This document shows, piece after piece, positions 1 to 9,696 of a stretch of 64,000 nt of DNA. The position numbers and the translations under genes are program-made. The stretch is from NCBI GenBank assembly GCA_048940765.1, contig JBHLOG010000002.1:20254-84253 (forward strand), given 5' to 3'. A model generated the notes under the pieces. It searched no databases, had not been told where the DNA came from, and saw nothing but the letters and a program-made list of their open reading frames with translations. This DNA comes from Promethearchaeota archaeon (GTDB lineage: Archaea > Asgardarchaeota > Lokiarchaeia > Sigyniarchaeales > SOKP01). Position 1 is the stretch's first letter. Every line of letters starts with the position of its first letter.

Positions 1-645
1 GATTCAACTGGCAGGAAATTTAATATTAAATTTATTAGAGGAAGAATTTCAGAAGTAGTTGAAGATAAAAAACATAATATAATTGTGAGGGGTGAAGATA
101 CTCTTTTACAGAGATTGATTGAAATTAAGGCAGACTTACTTGTTTTAGCAGTTGGATTAGAACCAAGGCAGGATTCTAATGAAATAACCAGGTTATTTCA
201 CGTACAAAAATCAGAAGATGGATTTTTAATGGAGGCTCATCCCAAACTTCGCCCGGTAGAAACATTAACCGATGGAATTTTCATTGCCGGAGCAGTTCAA
301 GGTCCAAAGGATATTCCTGATGCCATTGCTCAAGCAAAAGCAGCAGCACTTCAAGCTGCATTATTAATGGCTCAACGAAAAGTAGAAATAGATCCTATTT
401 TCTCAATAGTACTCAGTCACAAATGTGCCGGTTGTAAAAGCTGTTTAAGTATTTGCCCCTTTAATGCAATAACCTTTAATGAGTTTAAAAAAACGGCAGA
501 AATAAATAAAGTTTTATGCAAAGGTTGTGGCACATGTGTAGCAGCTTGTCCCTCCTCTGCTATTATCCAAAATCAATTTGGAGATGCTCAATTATTTCCA
601 ATGATCCATAATACTATCCAAGAATTAGATAAAGTAGAGGGGTGA
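1..645 (+). CDS. hdrA: Heterodisulfide reductase subunit A (HdrA), C-terminal part; the 5' end lies upstream of the window
   Basis: Frame 1 is open from base 1 (DSTGRKFNIKFIRGRISEV...) into ORF 85-645. It has a flavoprotein C-terminal segment (GIFIAGAVQGPKDIPDAIAQA) and two CxxCxxCxxxCP ferredoxin motifs. mvhD follows directly. Confidence 0.8.
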   Translation, partial: DSTGRKFNIKFIRGRISEVVEDKKHNIIVRGEDTLLQRLIEIKADLLVLAVGLEPRQDSNEITRLFHVQKSEDGFLMEAHPKLRPVETLTDGIFIAGAVQGPKDIPDAIAQAKAAALQAALLMAQRKVEIDPIFSIVLSHKCAGCKSCLSICPFNAITFNEFKKTAEINKVLCKGCGTCVAACPSSAIIQNQFGDAQLFPMIHNTIQELDKVEG

Positions 646-1118
646 TATCTATTTCTATAATAACTGAACAGTTCAATCCATCAATTTTAGGAATTTTTTG
701 TCATTGGTGTTCATACGCAGGTGCTGATCAAGCTGGAACATCTCGTATACAAAGAAATGCTAACCTTAGAATTATGAGAGTAATGTGTGGAGGAAGAATC
801 GACCCCGAATTTATACTTACTGCATTGAAAGATGGAATTGATGGGATTTTAATATCACATTGTCATCCAGGAGATTGTCATTATGTTGAAGGAAATTATA
901 AAACTATCAGAAGATTACCTTTACTCCACTTGTATTTAAAACAATTTGGAATTAATCCTAAAAGAGTAAAATATGTCTTTATTTCTGCTTCTGAAGGTGC
1001 TAAATTAACTGAAATTGTTAATGAATTTGTTATAGAATTAAAAAATTTAGGGCCAAGCCCTTTAAAGAATAACTTTAAAAAAATACATAAAAGAATTAAA
1101 AAAAATATAAAAATGTGA
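642..1118 (+). CDS. mvhD: Methyl-viologen-reducing hydrogenase delta subunit (MvhD/FlpD domain)
   Basis: FCHWCSYAGADQAGTSR...RVMCGGRIDPEFILTALKDGIDGILISHCHPGDCHY is the MvhD signature. The GTG start overlaps the hdrA TGA (GTGA). Confidence 0.85.
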   Translation: MISISIITEQFNPSILGIFCHWCSYAGADQAGTSRIQRNANLRIMRVMCGGRIDPEFILTALKDGIDGILISHCHPGDCHYVEGNYKTIRRLPLLHLYLKQFGINPKRVKYVFISASEGAKLTEIVNEFVIELKNLGPSPLKNNFKKIHKRIKKNIKM

Positions 1119-1705
1119 AAAAAATGAAAAGCATGATGTTTGAACCTTTACCTGATACTGATTTTTCCATTCATTTAATGGAGGATTTGGAATCAGATGC
1201 ATCAGGAAAAAGTGTCGAAAATTTAGTCAGCCAAATTAGAGATTTGCATGTTAATTTTGCCACAATAGATTTAGGTAATTCTACCCTAAGAGAATTTGAA
1301 AATACGCCTTTAGCAATGTATTTGAAAAAATTAGGGATTCCGTATTTTACAATCGAATTACCCTATTATGTAAAAGATCATTTTACAAAGCAAATCAACG
1401 AAATAAAAGAAAAATACTATGAATTAAAAGCGACATATGACATTTTAGAGGAAAAACAGAGATTAACCGCTCAAGAGCTAAATGGTTTAATCAACTATTA
1501 TTCAAATGAACTTAAAGAAATAAACAATTATATAAACATGGAAATACGAACTAAATCAATCTTCAAAAAATTATTAAGCATTATAAGAGGAAAAGATAAT
1601 ATAAATTTAACATTTTTACATTTTGGAGAGAGAGACTTTTTTATGGGAATATTCAGTCAAACTAAAAGAGTTAATTATAAAAGCCAATTTTTAATTAAAA
1701 AGTGA
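1115..1705 (+). CDS. Hypothetical protein (196 aa) embedded in the hdrA-mvhD operon
   Basis: The ORF overlaps the mvhD stop by 4 nt and ends 7 nt before the polyferredoxin gene. No motif recognised. Confidence 0.5.
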   Translation: MKKMKSMMFEPLPDTDFSIHLMEDLESDASGKSVENLVSQIRDLHVNFATIDLGNSTLREFENTPLAMYLKKLGIPYFTIELPYYVKDHFTKQINEIKEKYYELKATYDILEEKQRLTAQELNGLINYYSNELKEINNYINMEIRTKSIFKKLLSIIRGKDNINLTFLHFGERDFFMGIFSQTKRVNYKSQFLIKK

Positions 1706-1712
1706 TTAGAAT

Positions 1713-2387
1713 TTGTATCCTAGGATTAATAAAATTATAAATAAAGATTTCAATGAGACTGTTTTAAATTTTTTTACTGAAAATTACACGTTTAAGATCG
1801 ATACTGAACGATGTATAGGATGTGGATTATGTATTAAAGCTTGCCCAAACAATGCTTTTTCTCATCCTAATTTAGAAGGTAAGATTAGAGTTAAAACTGA
1901 CGATTTAATACCGGATACCCCAGATCCCCTTATATGTTCATATTGTGGAACTTGTGCATATCTTTGTCCTACATCAGCGATATCGCTAAAATATAATGAT
2001 AAATCAATAAATTTTAGTAATTTAGGTATTATAACCAAGAATGTAGTCCCAAAATTAGAGTATAACCTTGTTAAATGTAAAAAACCACAAATTAAAGCAA
2101 AGATGTATTTAGATGGGAAAATTGATGTAGATTGGGATAATTGCATTTCATGTATGTCATGTGTTGATGTATGTCCTTCAAACGCTTTTTTTAAATTAGA
2201 AAATCAGTTGATTAATGATTCAAAAAATAAGAAAGTATCATTCGATCAAAATAAATGTATTAGCTGTGGGACTTGCGTAAGAGCTTGCTCAAAGAAAGCT
2301 ATTAAATTAACAATAAATAAGGTAAATTATTCAGGTACATATAAAAAAATTTTTTGGGAATCTTTACTAAATCGAATCAATTCATAG
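1713..2387 (+). CDS. Polyferredoxin-like protein, four [4Fe-4S] binding motifs
   Basis: Four motifs are present: CIGCGLCIKACP, CSYCGTCAYLCP, CISCMSCVDVCP and CISCGTCVRACS. The position after hdrA-mvhD resembles MvhB-type polyferredoxins. Confidence 0.75.
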   Translation: MYPRINKIINKDFNETVLNFFTENYTFKIDTERCIGCGLCIKACPNNAFSHPNLEGKIRVKTDDLIPDTPDPLICSYCGTCAYLCPTSAISLKYNDKSINFSNLGIITKNVVPKLEYNLVKCKKPQIKAKMYLDGKIDVDWDNCISCMSCVDVCPSNAFFKLENQLINDSKNKKVSFDQNKCISCGTCVRACSKKAIKLTINKVNYSGTYKKIFWESLLNRINS

Positions 2388-2740
2388 TGTTAATTTTAAA
2401 CTTTGATTTTAATATCTATTTTTACTCTTTTTAATTAATAACTTATATTTTATAAAGAATTAAACTATTTTTTTAATGTAAAATATCGGAATTGATCATA
2501 AAAGACTTAAGAATGTTGGGAATTGGTCATATCTCCAAAAATAATTATCATAAAACATAATTTGCAACTAGTTTAATTTTCAAATTTAAACTTTTGCCAA
2601 TAATGTTGTGGCAAATTGAAACTGGAGTCGATTGTGTTGTTTATATTAACGCAAAACAGATAAATTTATATATAATATATTCGATCTTAATTTTAGGTAA
2701 TAAATTTAAATGTAATTTGAAAATAAAAGGTTGAAAATGT

Positions 2741-2941
2741 ATGGTTGAAGTAACATTAGTAGAAGTTAAACATGAACAAGAGGAAAAAATATCAGTACCT
2801 GAATTCGATATTGAAGGAAAAGAAAATATTGATCAATATTTCAAACTACTCTTGGCAGGAACACCCCATTTAAAATTTTCCATAACAGAAAAAAACGGGA
2901 AAGAAGTTTATTCTAATCTGCTGAATGTTGAAATGCGATAA
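2741..2941 (+). CDS. Small hypothetical protein (66 aa)
   Basis: ORF only; isolated, no motif. Confidence 0.3.
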   Translation: MVEVTLVEVKHEQEEKISVPEFDIEGKENIDQYFKLLLAGTPHLKFSITEKNGKEVYSNLLNVEMR

Positions 2942-3114
2942 AATATTAATAAGGTTGAATTTACATTTATACCAAATCAGATTATGTTCAGTTTTTGGCA
3001 TTAAATGATATTTTCAAATATATTTTTTCTTATTAGGGGAGAGGAGATCAAAGAATATTCAAAGTGATCTTGATAAAGTAAAAATAATCTAAAATAAATC
3101 TTAATTTTTTTAAA

Positions 3115-5100
3115 ATGGAGTTAACACCAATAAAAATTTATGAAAATTTCATAAATGGAAAAGTAAGTAAAAATGAAACTCTAGATTTGTTAATTACTCT
3201 AATTGAAAATTTCGATGATGATCTAATTAGAAAAGAGAGTATTGATACTTTAAATAAAATCGATTTTAATCACTCAAAAATTTTTAAAACTCTAGAACAG
3301 ATATTAATCTCTGAACCGAATCAAGACTTACGGGCTTCTGCAGCTCAAGTAATAAAAAAAAAATTCATCAAAAGAGCTTTAAATCCATTTATTTGGGCTC
3401 TTCAGCATGAATCTTCGTATCAATGTCTAATTACAATAATTGAATCTTTGGATGAAATAAGAGATTTTAAAGTTATCTCAATATTATTGGATGAAATTAA
3501 AAAACTGTCTAATGAAGAAGCCTTTAATGAGATTATTCCCTCAACTACTAAAAATTTAGATGTGCAACCTTTTTATGAGAATTTGGTAGAAATACTCATT
3601 AATTTAATAAGCATTAAAAGATTAAGAAGTAAATTTGACAAAATTAAATATAAAATTGAAAACGGATCTGTAACTGAACTAGATTTTTCAAATGTAGATA
3701 AAAAAATCATTAATTGGCATGATAGGGAATTTTTTCAAGATTGTTCAGATATAATTGGAATAAAAAATTTAAAGTCTTTAAAGAAAATAGAATTTTTTAG
3801 ACTGGAATGGCTTTTGAAGAATGAATTCACTTTCAAAAGTGCAATTACTTTAATAGAAGTTCTGGAAAAGTTAAATAATAATACTGCTAAGAATGTTCTG
3901 GTAACTCAAATATATAAAATACCTGATAAAAATTTTTGTTCATCAATTAATGATCCATTAAAATTTCATCAGAGTATTGAAGGATTTTCAATTTCCAAAT
4001 TATCGGATATTCTAAGAAATTATTTAACTTTAGCATTTTTAAAAAAGAGATATCCTTCTATTGAATATAATATAGAGAAAGGAGAAATTATTTCAATTTG
4101 TATTGAGAATATAGCATTAACAACAGTGCCAGGCTTCATTAAATATTTTCAATCACTTCAATCATTAACATTAAAAGGATGTAGATTATGTGATCTTCCT
4201 GAATCAATAGGATCATTTGATCATTTAAGAAATTTAGATTTAAGAAACAACAATCTTAAAACGATCCCTAAGACAATTTCTTCTCTTAAATCTCTAAAAT
4301 TCTTAAATTTAAGTAATAACAAATTATATAAACTACCTTCTTCAATAGGAAATCTCTCTACTCTCCAAATTCTAAATTTAGAGACGAATAATCTAACCTC
4401 TTTTCCGAGATCGATTGGACATCTTACATCATTGAAACAACTCAATGCTAGTAAGAATAATTTTCAGAAAATTCCTTCATCAATAGGAGCTCTAAAATAT
4501 CTTAATTCATTAAATTTAAATTATAACAAATTAAAAAATCTGCCACATTCGATTGGATTACTCTATTCCCTTGAAAATCTTAATATAGATAATAATAATT
4601 TAGAAAAAATTCCAAACTCAATAAGTTCTATTTCATCGCTCAAAACTCTTAGTTTAGAAGATAATAAGCTTAAAAAGCTTCCAGAATTCATAGGTTTGCT
4701 TAAATCACTAGAAATTCTGAGGTTGGGTTGGAATAAAATAGAACAACTTCCTAATTCTATTGGTTCTTTAATTAAGATTAAATATTTACGTTTAACTAAT
4801 AATCAAATACAGGAATTTCCCGATTCAATATGCTCACTATCTTTTCTTGAATTCTTAGATGTTTCTCATAATAAATTAGAAGTTCTACCAGAAAAATTTG
4901 GTCAAATAACATCTCTTAGAATCCTTAATTTAAGTGATAATGAATTGAAAAAGATTCCCAACACAATTGGTTCGTTAAACTCTCTTGAAAAGTTAAATCT
5001 TATTGGAAATCAAATCTTTTATATTCCAAAATCAATAAAATTATTATCCTCTCTTGAAGAAATAAAGTTAGATGGAAATAAATTACTGTGTATACCTTAA
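3115..5100 (+). CDS. HEAT-repeat / leucine-rich-repeat (LRR) protein
   Basis: The N-terminus has HEAT/PBS-lyase-like repeats (DLIRKESIDTLNKI, DLRASAAQVI). The C-terminal half has about 14 tandem 23-aa LRRs (LxxLxxLxLxxNxLxxLPxSIGx). The last repeat continues in another frame (see findings). Confidence 0.85.
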   Translation: MELTPIKIYENFINGKVSKNETLDLLITLIENFDDDLIRKESIDTLNKIDFNHSKIFKTLEQILISEPNQDLRASAAQVIKKKFIKRALNPFIWALQHESSYQCLITIIESLDEIRDFKVISILLDEIKKLSNEEAFNEIIPSTTKNLDVQPFYENLVEILINLISIKRLRSKFDKIKYKIENGSVTELDFSNVDKKIINWHDREFFQDCSDIIGIKNLKSLKKIEFFRLEWLLKNEFTFKSAITLIEVLEKLNNNTAKNVLVTQIYKIPDKNFCSSINDPLKFHQSIEGFSISKLSDILRNYLTLAFLKKRYPSIEYNIEKGEIISICIENIALTTVPGFIKYFQSLQSLTLKGCRLCDLPESIGSFDHLRNLDLRNNNLKTIPKTISSLKSLKFLNLSNNKLYKLPSSIGNLSTLQILNLETNNLTSFPRSIGHLTSLKQLNASKNNFQKIPSSIGALKYLNSLNLNYNKLKNLPHSIGLLYSLENLNIDNNNLEKIPNSISSISSLKTLSLEDNKLKKLPEFIGLLKSLEILRLGWNKIEQLPNSIGSLIKIKYLRLTNNQIQEFPDSICSLSFLEFLDVSHNKLEVLPEKFGQITSLRILNLSDNELKKIPNTIGSLNSLEKLNLIGNQIFYIPKSIKLLSSLEEIKLDGNKLLCIP

Positions 5101-5291
5101 TCAATTAGAGAGACTCATATCACTTAAAAAACTCAGTTTAATTAATAACAATTTTATATAAGAATCATTTAAAATTCTCAACTTTAAACAAAAAATATCA
5201 TAAAAGTTTACGATCAAAACTTTTTAATATTTTTATTATCTTTAATGTTCTGAATAAAATAATTTTATGTTTATCTTTATCCTCTACAAAT

Positions 5292-5687
5292 ATGTATATA
5301 TTCAAGGAATTCTATAACGGATTAGATGAAAAGATCATTTATGGTTCTAAATGTTCTAAATGTAAAAAAGTGTACTTTCCTCCTAAAAGTAGATGTCAAA
5401 ATTGTTTAGAAGATACTGATGAACTCATAGAATTACCAGAGACTGGCGTTTTAAAAAATTATATTAAAACACAGAACTCTAAAAAAGGAAAAAACAAAAA
5501 GAGAAATCAGGAATTGTATGGATTAGTTCAAGTTGATAAATCTGATACTCCAATTATAATGCCTATACTAAATACAACAGTAGAAAATGTAAAAATAGAC
5601 ATGAAAGTTAAAGTTGTATGGGCCAAGGGTAAAATTACTGATTCTCCTCATATTATTGGATTTGAACCAATAAATAAAATATTGTAA
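5292..5687 (+). CDS. Zn-ribbon/OB-fold protein (DUF35-like)
   Basis: An N-terminal CSKCKKVYFPPKSRCQNC rubredoxin-like ribbon is followed by a beta-rich domain. The size is typical of DUF35 proteins. Confidence 0.55.
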   Translation: MYIFKEFYNGLDEKIIYGSKCSKCKKVYFPPKSRCQNCLEDTDELIELPETGVLKNYIKTQNSKKGKNKKRNQELYGLVQVDKSDTPIIMPILNTTVENVKIDMKVKVVWAKGKITDSPHIIGFEPINKIL

Positions 5688-5698
5688 ATACATTTTTT

Positions 5699-6664
5699 TT
5701 AGTGAATACCGCTAAAAAAAATTATTAAACTAAATATTAATAATCCAATAAAAAAGTAGAAAGGATGACCTTTTTCTTCATAAGGTATAACTTCCCTTAC
5801 GATGATATACAGAATCACCCCAGAAATAAAGGATAATAATATATAAATAAATTCTTTTGAAACTGGAAGAAAAATTTCAGATAAGATTCCAATTAATATA
5901 CCCATTAAAGTAGCTGAAGCTAAAAAAATCCTTTTACCGTTATTTTCATGCCATTCAAAGAATTGAATTGAATTTTTGAGTTTAATGTATCTATTTGATA
6001 CAGTAGAAATTGAAGCCTTAAAAAAAGCAAAAAAGAAAAATAAAAGAGCGCTTAACGAGTCGATAACAAGTAAATCAAAAAGTATGATGCCTATTAATAA
6101 ATGATAAAAAAAATTGGTAATCGAATTGAAATTATTTATCCCAATATTAATTTGAGATTCTATATTATACTCTATTTTACTAATTTGAGATTTTAGATTA
6201 CTTTCTTCGTCAATACAATTACATAATCTTTTTACCAAATTTTTAATCATAAAATCTTCCTGCATATTATCATTTAAACTTGATTTAATATACTTTTCTG
6301 TTTCTTTTTCTTTAACTTCTAAAACTTTTTCCATATGACGAAATTCCTTAATTTTTAGATGCTGCTTTGCCTGAATTCTCTTAAAAATTGCTTTCTCCGT
6401 AATATGGATAAAAGAAAATCCTATAAGAATGAATAAGAAATCAATGAATTTGAACTGAGAATTCTGTAAAGCTGTTGTTATTTTAGGTAAGAGAAAGAGG
6501 AAAAAGTAAGATACAGAAACTCCCGCTACAAATGAGGTATAAACTTCTCGTGATTTCCCACTTTTAAAATATGAAGAATAAGTTTCATGATAGTAATCAA
6601 TTATTAAAAATAAAATTCCAAAAACGATTCCATAAATAATTTCAATTTGAAGATTAAAAAACAT
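5699..6664 (-). CDS. Multi-pass membrane protein with a central coiled-coil insert (possibly a ZIP-like metal permease, uncertain)
   Basis: About 7-8 hydrophobic helices with a charged helical insert (res ~95-165). The His/Glu motifs are only weakly ZIP-like. Confidence 0.55.
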   Translation of the reverse strand: MFFNLQIEIIYGIVFGILFLIIDYYHETYSSYFKSGKSREVYTSFVAGVSVSYFFLFLLPKITTALQNSQFKFIDFLFILIGFSFIHITEKAIFKRIQAKQHLKIKEFRHMEKVLEVKEKETEKYIKSSLNDNMQEDFMIKNLVKRLCNCIDEESNLKSQISKIEYNIESQINIGINNFNSITNFFYHLLIGIILFDLLVIDSLSALLFFFFAFFKASISTVSNRYIKLKNSIQFFEWHENNGKRIFLASATLMGILIGILSEIFLPVSKEFIYILLSFISGVILYIIVREVIPYEEKGHPFYFFIGLLIFSLIIFFSGIH

Positions 6665-6727
6665 TTCTCAATTTCATCTTAGTAATAACTTGTGCATAGC
6701 TATTTATTTTTCGTTAGCTCATTTTAT

Positions 6728-8068
6728 TTAATAGAATTCGCAATCAACCAAAAGTTGAGAAATATCCATAACTTTTATTGGAGAATGATCTTCATTTGCT
6801 ACTTGAAATAAATTGTTCTTACAGAAGACACAAGAACTAACTAACACTTCAGCACTAGTTTCTATCGCTTCTTTTAATCTATCTTCTCTTATTCGTATCA
6901 TACAAGCTCGAGTTTCAGCTAATCTGTCCCTACCCACTTCAACTGCAATATCACCATAAAGTGCCTTCACTCCTCCCCCAGCACCACAACACCAAGCCAT
7001 ATTTCGATTATGCTTCATCTCAAAGAGTTTTATTCCTTCAATCATTCTAATTAGTTCACGTGGTTCTTCATAAACTCCGCAATATCTACCTAAGTGACAT
7101 GGATCATGGTAAGTAATGAGTAGAGGGTCTTCTTTTGAGCGTTTTGTATATCTAATTTTAAGATTTTTTTCTTTTACAGTTTTTAGAACAAATTGGGTAA
7201 GATGATAAAGATCAAATTCAAGTTTATGATCTATTAATCTTGAATATTCGAGATTAAAAGTAGAAAAGCATCCAGAACATGAAAATACAACTTCTTTTAC
7301 TCCACTTTTTTTAACCATTTCATAATTATGTTTTACAAGTTTTAAGGCTTCATCCTCTAATCCTGTTCTAAATAAAACTGATCCGCAACATCTTTCTTCG
7401 GGAAAAAGAACAAATTCAATCCCTAATTTTTCTAAAACTTTGCTTGTTGCCGTGACTAACTCTTTATTTCTATAAGAGGAAGTACAACCAACAAAATAAC
7501 CAACTTTATAAGGTGTTTTTTTTATTGCAATATCAGAAGTATCTTTAGCACGTGAATATGCTTTAGCACCTTCTTCACATGACTGACGCCAATTAAATCT
7601 ATCAAGATGTTTTTCAAGAAAAGGATTATTATTTTCTAATATTGAGTTTTTAAGGATTTTTAACTTTTCTGGTACGGCTCCCTTTTTAATAACTTGTTTA
7701 CGGAAATTTTGAAAAACTTCTAGAGTGTCAACACCAACAGGACAAACCTCGTGACAATTTCCACATAACATACAGCGAAAAACGGAAGGAATGATTTCAT
7801 CTTTATCGAATTTAATATCTTTTCGATCCAAAGCTTTAATAATTCTATTACGACCACCGGCATAATCTGTCTCACTCCAAGACACATTATATACCTTACA
7901 AACATGGCGACAATATCCACAATGGGTACAACGCTCATAAGAATATTTTTCCTTCAGTGTTGAAGAAGCTTCAATAAGATTTTCTCTAGAAGGAGAAATC
8001 AACCCTGCAACAGGGGGACCAGAAGTTATTACATCCTTTAATTCCGACGACTCTTCACTATCATTCAT
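6728..8068 (-). CDS. Fe-S oxidoreductase, GlcF/HdrD-like (2x[4Fe-4S] + two CCG domains)
   Basis: CTHCGYCRHVC and CMLCGNCHEVCP cluster motifs, plus two cysteine-rich CCG-type regions (ERCCGS; YHDPCHLGR...WCCGAGGG). Confidence 0.8.
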   Translation of the reverse strand: MNDSEESSELKDVITSGPPVAGLISPSRENLIEASSTLKEKYSYERCTHCGYCRHVCKVYNVSWSETDYAGGRNRIIKALDRKDIKFDKDEIIPSVFRCMLCGNCHEVCPVGVDTLEVFQNFRKQVIKKGAVPEKLKILKNSILENNNPFLEKHLDRFNWRQSCEEGAKAYSRAKDTSDIAIKKTPYKVGYFVGCTSSYRNKELVTATSKVLEKLGIEFVLFPEERCCGSVLFRTGLEDEALKLVKHNYEMVKKSGVKEVVFSCSGCFSTFNLEYSRLIDHKLEFDLYHLTQFVLKTVKEKNLKIRYTKRSKEDPLLITYHDPCHLGRYCGVYEEPRELIRMIEGIKLFEMKHNRNMAWCCGAGGGVKALYGDIAVEVGRDRLAETRACMIRIREDRLKEAIETSAEVLVSSCVFCKNNLFQVANEDHSPIKVMDISQLLVDCEFY

Positions 8069-8191
8069 GTAATTATATCTCTTATCATTTATTGTTTTTC
8101 AATTGGGAATACTCTTAATTTTTATTAAATTTTATTATTATATTTTATTCTAATTTTCATTGAATTGATTTTTGAATTATTAATTTATTTT

Positions 8192-9571
8192 TTAAAATAA
8201 TTTATACAAGAATTTCGCTGTATTGAATAATAAAGATATCCTCCAGAATTTCATCTTAGCTTCAATTATTCTATATGAATTAAATAAGTGCTTGGGATCC
8301 AATTTATTTTTTAATAGTTTTTTCCTATTTACTTCATCACGTTTATATTTATGTAAATAGAAAGTATTAACAATTCCTATAGTGTAGAGCCTATCTCCTT
8401 GACTAAATACTCGCACTGATAAATCATGTAAAAATGCCTTTACTGCAAAGAATTCCCGAGTTTTATTAATGTCAGTTAAACCGAAAATTTTAACACGAGT
8501 CCATCCTTTCTCTCCTGAAATTGCATATGAAGCAGTTCGAAATTTGTATTTTTTCCTCTTTTTTACATAATGTTCAATAAAAGGCTCTAATCTCTCATCA
8601 GATATCCAGTACTCTTGAAATATTAAATTTCGTGTTGATAATCCAATAGATACCTCAGCATCGCTAATATCTCGCCATTTTTCCTTTAAATAGGAGTTTT
8701 CGATATCAAATGCATTCATTTTTGAAGCTATATTTTTAACCATTGATATGCTTTTTGATGTTTCTTCAGGATCATCATAAAATACTGCCCAGACTAACCA
8801 TTCCTGTTTTGGAAAATTGACATGTGAATATTTTTCAAAATTTCTTTCTGAAATTGAAAGGAAGAATGGCTTATTTGGAACTTCATCTTTAACTTTTGAA
8901 TAAAAGCTAAAAGCTTGGGTGAGAGAATTAAAACCATAACCAATTATTTCTAATGAAGTTTTGAGTGTGGTTACTGATAGTTCAACATTTGCAATAGCAC
9001 CATATATTCCATAAGTACCAACAATATCGTCAAGAGAGATTTCATCGTGAGACTCTCTTGAAATATTGACAATCGTACCGTCGGGTCGAACTAAATCTAG
9101 AGAAATAATTGAATCTTTCATCGAACCATATTTCAAAACACCAATCCCTGCTTTTCCAGGAGTAGCAATAAAACCACTTACACAAGAAGTTTTAAAGCTA
9201 GTTGGAAACACTTTCGGTTCAAGCCCTTGATCTGCAAGTGCTTCTATTAAATTCAACCAAGAAATTCCACTTCCAACCTTAACAGTCATTTTTTCCTTAT
9301 TTATTTCAAGAATTTTATTTATCCTGCGTACATCTATAATAACCCCTCCTTTTGAAGGTGTAGCTGAGGAAAAACAAGAAGTACCAGCAGCTCTAATTGT
9401 AACTGGAATACCTAATTCTCTACATTTTTTTATCGTCAAAGAAAGTTCTTGAGTATTTGCTGGACGAACAATATAACTTGCAAGATATTTTTTCTTAAAT
9501 TTATAATGATAGGATGGTAGTGATGTTAGATCAGCTGAAGCAGATTCGAGTTCATATGGATTAATACTCAC
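8192..9571 (-). CDS. FAD-linked oxidase (GlcD / D-lactate dehydrogenase-like)
   Basis: A PCMH-type FAD-binding N-domain (VRPANTQELSLTIKKCRELGIPVTIRAAGTS...GGVIIDVRRINKILEI). It is adjacent to the GlcF-like gene on the same strand. Confidence 0.8.
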   Translation of the reverse strand: MSINPYELESASADLTSLPSYHYKFKKKYLASYIVRPANTQELSLTIKKCRELGIPVTIRAAGTSCFSSATPSKGGVIIDVRRINKILEINKEKMTVKVGSGISWLNLIEALADQGLEPKVFPTSFKTSCVSGFIATPGKAGIGVLKYGSMKDSIISLDLVRPDGTIVNISRESHDEISLDDIVGTYGIYGAIANVELSVTTLKTSLEIIGYGFNSLTQAFSFYSKVKDEVPNKPFFLSISERNFEKYSHVNFPKQEWLVWAVFYDDPEETSKSISMVKNIASKMNAFDIENSYLKEKWRDISDAEVSIGLSTRNLIFQEYWISDERLEPFIEHYVKKRKKYKFRTASYAISGEKGWTRVKIFGLTDINKTREFFAVKAFLHDLSVRVFSQGDRLYTIGIVNTFYLHKYKRDEVNRKKLLKNKLDPKHLFNSYRIIEAKMKFWRISLLFNTAKFLYKLF

Positions 9572-9696
9572 ATGGTAAGGGGAAATAAATTCTTTAATAG
9601 TATCTAAGAATTTTTTTTTATTTCCTTTTTTAGATTCTCGTTGAATTTTTAATTCTTGATTAGTGGTGGTAGTTGTAATTTTTTATTACCTCCTTT

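Noticed and set aside
643-660. The hdrA TGA (643-645) as a possible Sec read-through producing an HdrA-MvhD fusion
   Set aside because: Continuing in the hdrA frame hits TAA after four codons (658-660). mvhD is in a different frame with its own GTG overlapping the stop.
1862-2146. Short antisense or internal ORFs. This one stands for a set: 4221-4445, 7720-7938, 9656-9847, 11380-11631, 13180-13452, 13589-13813, 14570-14755, 19249-19473, 20233-20418, 21846-22079, 22237-22464, 26052-26246, 29470-29727, 33063-33248, 34693-34893, 38997-39206, 41756-42010, 47694-47885, 50658-50840, 54556-54798, 57734-57982, 58572-58814, 59268-59465, 62337-62567 and 63647-63832.
   Set aside because: Each is nested in, or overlaps, a longer ORF with recognisable motifs or better coding character. 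Long spurious ORFs are not unusual when they are nested in or antisense to real genes.
4140-5100. Periodic ~69-bp DNA repeats, considered as a possible CRISPR or tandem array
   Set aside because: The periodicity is the coding image of 23-aa leucine-rich repeats within one long ORF. The units are diverged, and there is no repeat-spacer structure.
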